A stretch of DNA of 64,000 nt from Gracilinanus agilis. Taxonomy: Eukaryota. The notes under the pieces were generated by a model. It did no database searches. It was not told where the DNA came from and saw only the letters and a list, made by a program, of their open reading frames with translations. A program made the position numbers and the translations under genes. The DNA lies in contig NC_058132.1 of the NCBI RefSeq assembly GCF_016433145.1, forward strand, positions 3,961,688-4,025,687, in the 5' to 3' direction. How positions within the stretch are numbered: the first letter of the stretch is position 1; each line of letters starts with the position of its first letter. Below, in pieces: positions 60,992 to 64,000 of the stretch.

Positions 60992-61195
60992 GGGAAGCTA
61001 GGGGGCGCTGTGGTGCCCAACGACCTGGGTTCAAGGGTGAACTCATACTCTTAGCTGTGACCCTAGACAAGTCGCTTCGCCCTGTTGGCTTCAGTTTTCT
61101 CATCTGTCAATTGAGCTGGAGAAGGGAATGCCGACCCCTCCAGTATCTCTGCCAAGAAAACCCCAAATGGGGGCACGCCTGAGGTGACGGCCCAA
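60992..61195 (+). mobile_element. MAR1-type SINE in GARIN5A intron 3
   Basis: cttcagttttctcatctgtcaa core; ccagtatctctgccaagaaaacccca tail. Confidence 0.8.
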
Positions 61196-61504
61196 CCACG
61201 GAAGCCCCCAGGAGTCCCCTGTGTGAGGGGGAGACAGCAGGGCACAGCCACGGCCAAACAGGAGCTGCGGAGGGCTCCTGGGGGGATGTCGGGAAGGGGC
61301 TCAGCTACAGAGAGGTTGTGCCTCCTCCAGGGTCACAGGGGCAGGCGCGTGAACTTGGGATCCGTGGGGGATAGGAGCTACAGATCAGGACTCCCAAACC
61401 TGCTCGGCTCCAGCCGCAGTGACGGGAATGAGGGCCCCCAGAAGCTCCTTGTTCTCTTGGGGAGAGAACGAAGCGCGCCGCCGAGAGTTCAAGCCCAAGG
61501 CCAC

Positions 61505-62804
<1,300 letters not shown>

Positions 62805-62842
62805 TAGTGAAGACCGAAACCCCCTCCGTTCTGCAGATGGAA

Positions 62843-62867
62843 TGCTGCCGCCGCCGCCGCCGCCGCC
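62843..62867. repeat. (GCC)n microsatellite in GARIN5A last intron
   Basis: gctgccgccgccgccgccgccgcc. Confidence 0.88.
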
Positions 62868-62927
62868 ATCGTCACTGCCGCCTGCCCCCCGGAGCTGGAG
62901 ACCCCAGGCGCGAGCCTCCGCCCCCAG

Positions 62928-63017
62928 CTCCCCAAGCTGCAGGCCTTGCAGGCTCATCTCCACCCCCAGCAGGGCCAGGACCCAGCCCCCTCCCTCTCTC
63001 CCTCCCCTGGACACTGA
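62928..63017 (+). CDS. GARIN5A: GARIN5A probable last coding exon: LPKLQALQAHLHPQQGQDPAPSLSPSPGH*
   Basis: ctccgcccccag|CTC phase 0, TGA at 63015-63017, AATAAA 55 nt downstream; gives a 648-nt CDS; other acceptors possible. Confidence 0.6.
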   Translation, partial: LPKLQALQAHLHPQQGQDPAPSLSPSPGH

Positions 63018-63072
63018 GGGGCCAGAGAGAGACCTCTGTGCCCCGGAGAGGGGCACGCAGAATACCAAGGCT

Positions 63073-63078
63073 AATAAA
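63073..63078 (+). terminator. GARIN5A: Polyadenylation signal AATAAA, probable GARIN5A 3' end
   Basis: Canonical hexamer shortly after the predicted stop. Confidence 0.65.
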
Positions 63079-63829
63079 GATTCCCTATGTAAGAAGCCGG
63101 AGCTGGCCACATTTAGCAGCTGTGGGGGCACGCAGCACCCTGGAGCTGGATGGAGAGGTGGCGCCAGGCACATCCCTGCCCCCCCCCCCCATTCACACAC
63201 ACGAGCCACAAGAATCAGTCAAGTCTCATGTTTGAAATAAGCTGGAGAAGGGCCAGGCGTTGTGTCCGGAGGCAGGATTACTGCGGCACTGGGGAGAGGG
63301 GAGAAAGCAGGGAGCGGGAGCACTGTTAGCCCCGGAGCCTGAGGCCAGAGGGGAGATCAGCTACCCGCTCCCTCAGCCCCGCCCTGAGGTGCCATCTGGG
63401 GACTGGTCCTCAGAACGTTCCTCATGGCTCGACAGCCCAGTCTGCCCTGGGGCTCCCCCTCATCTGGGTGACCTCGCCCTGTGCTCCCCATCCCCAGGGG
63501 TCCCTTGTCTAAGATGGGTGGCTGTGCCCCCTCCCCCACATGGCTCCCACCCTTGGATGGATGGGTTCCTGGCCCCACCCAGGCAGGAATTGGGCCAAAG
63601 GTAATGAGGCCTACAGAAGGCCGGGACCACTGGGGCCCTCCGATCGGACCCTCTCATATGCCATCAAGGAAATGGGCCCAGAGAGAGGAAATGGTCAAAC
63701 CCAGGCTGCTGGGAACTGACATGACAAAGCCCAAGTCCCCTCCTGTGAAAAGGGGAGCGCATCCACCAAGGTCCTCTGCTATGCTGCAGGATCACGTGTA
63801 ATGATTACAGTCATGACTAGTGTCCCTCC

Positions 63830-64000
63830 AGCACTTTTAAGGTATACCAAGCATTTCACAGTTCTTTCACTTGATGGGCACAACAGCCCTGAGAGGTCAC
63901 TATTATTCCCCTTTTACAAATAAGGAAACGGAAGCAGCCAGAGGTTAAGTGACTTGCCCAGGGTCATACAGTTGTGTCTAGGGATGGATTTGTCCTCAAG
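63830..64000 (-). mobile_element. MIR/MAR-type SINE
   Basis: ccttttacaaataaggaaacggaagc ... ggttaagtgacttgcccagggtcataca. Confidence 0.75.

Overview
Eukaryotic (marsupial, most likely didelphid opossum) genomic DNA; no prokaryotic operons, rRNA, tRNA genes or CRISPR arrays. About 54 kb is the middle of SHANK1 on the + strand: 15 canonical exons running from the ankyrin repeats through SH3 and PDZ into the start of the proline-rich exon, plus a 24-nt microexon. All junctions are GT-AG and the reading frame is continuous. An exactly 500-N gap (54074-54573) cuts SHANK1 mid-exon. Beyond it lie EMC10 (- strand, exons 1-6; terminal transmembrane exon not found) and, head-to-head across a ~500-bp promoter, GARIN5A/FAM71E1 (+ strand, 5 coding exons, ~215 aa). 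Introns carry marsupial repeats (SINE1/2_Mdo-type and MAR1 SINEs, MIR, L1, L2, L3/CR1, a WALLSI-type RTE SINE, hAT MITEs, a solo LTR). Most interesting: a candidate internal first exon giving a PDZ-initiated SHANK1 isoform (...PRRRSVWYIY|SDYII), a GC-rich minisatellite built from copies of the GARIN5A exon-4 splice acceptor, the 500-N join that hides the SHANK1 3' half and probably several genes, and an intact OposCharlie-type hAT element. Orthologue comparisons and repeat family names are from recalled sequences, not database searches; repeat boundaries without target-site duplications are approximate.
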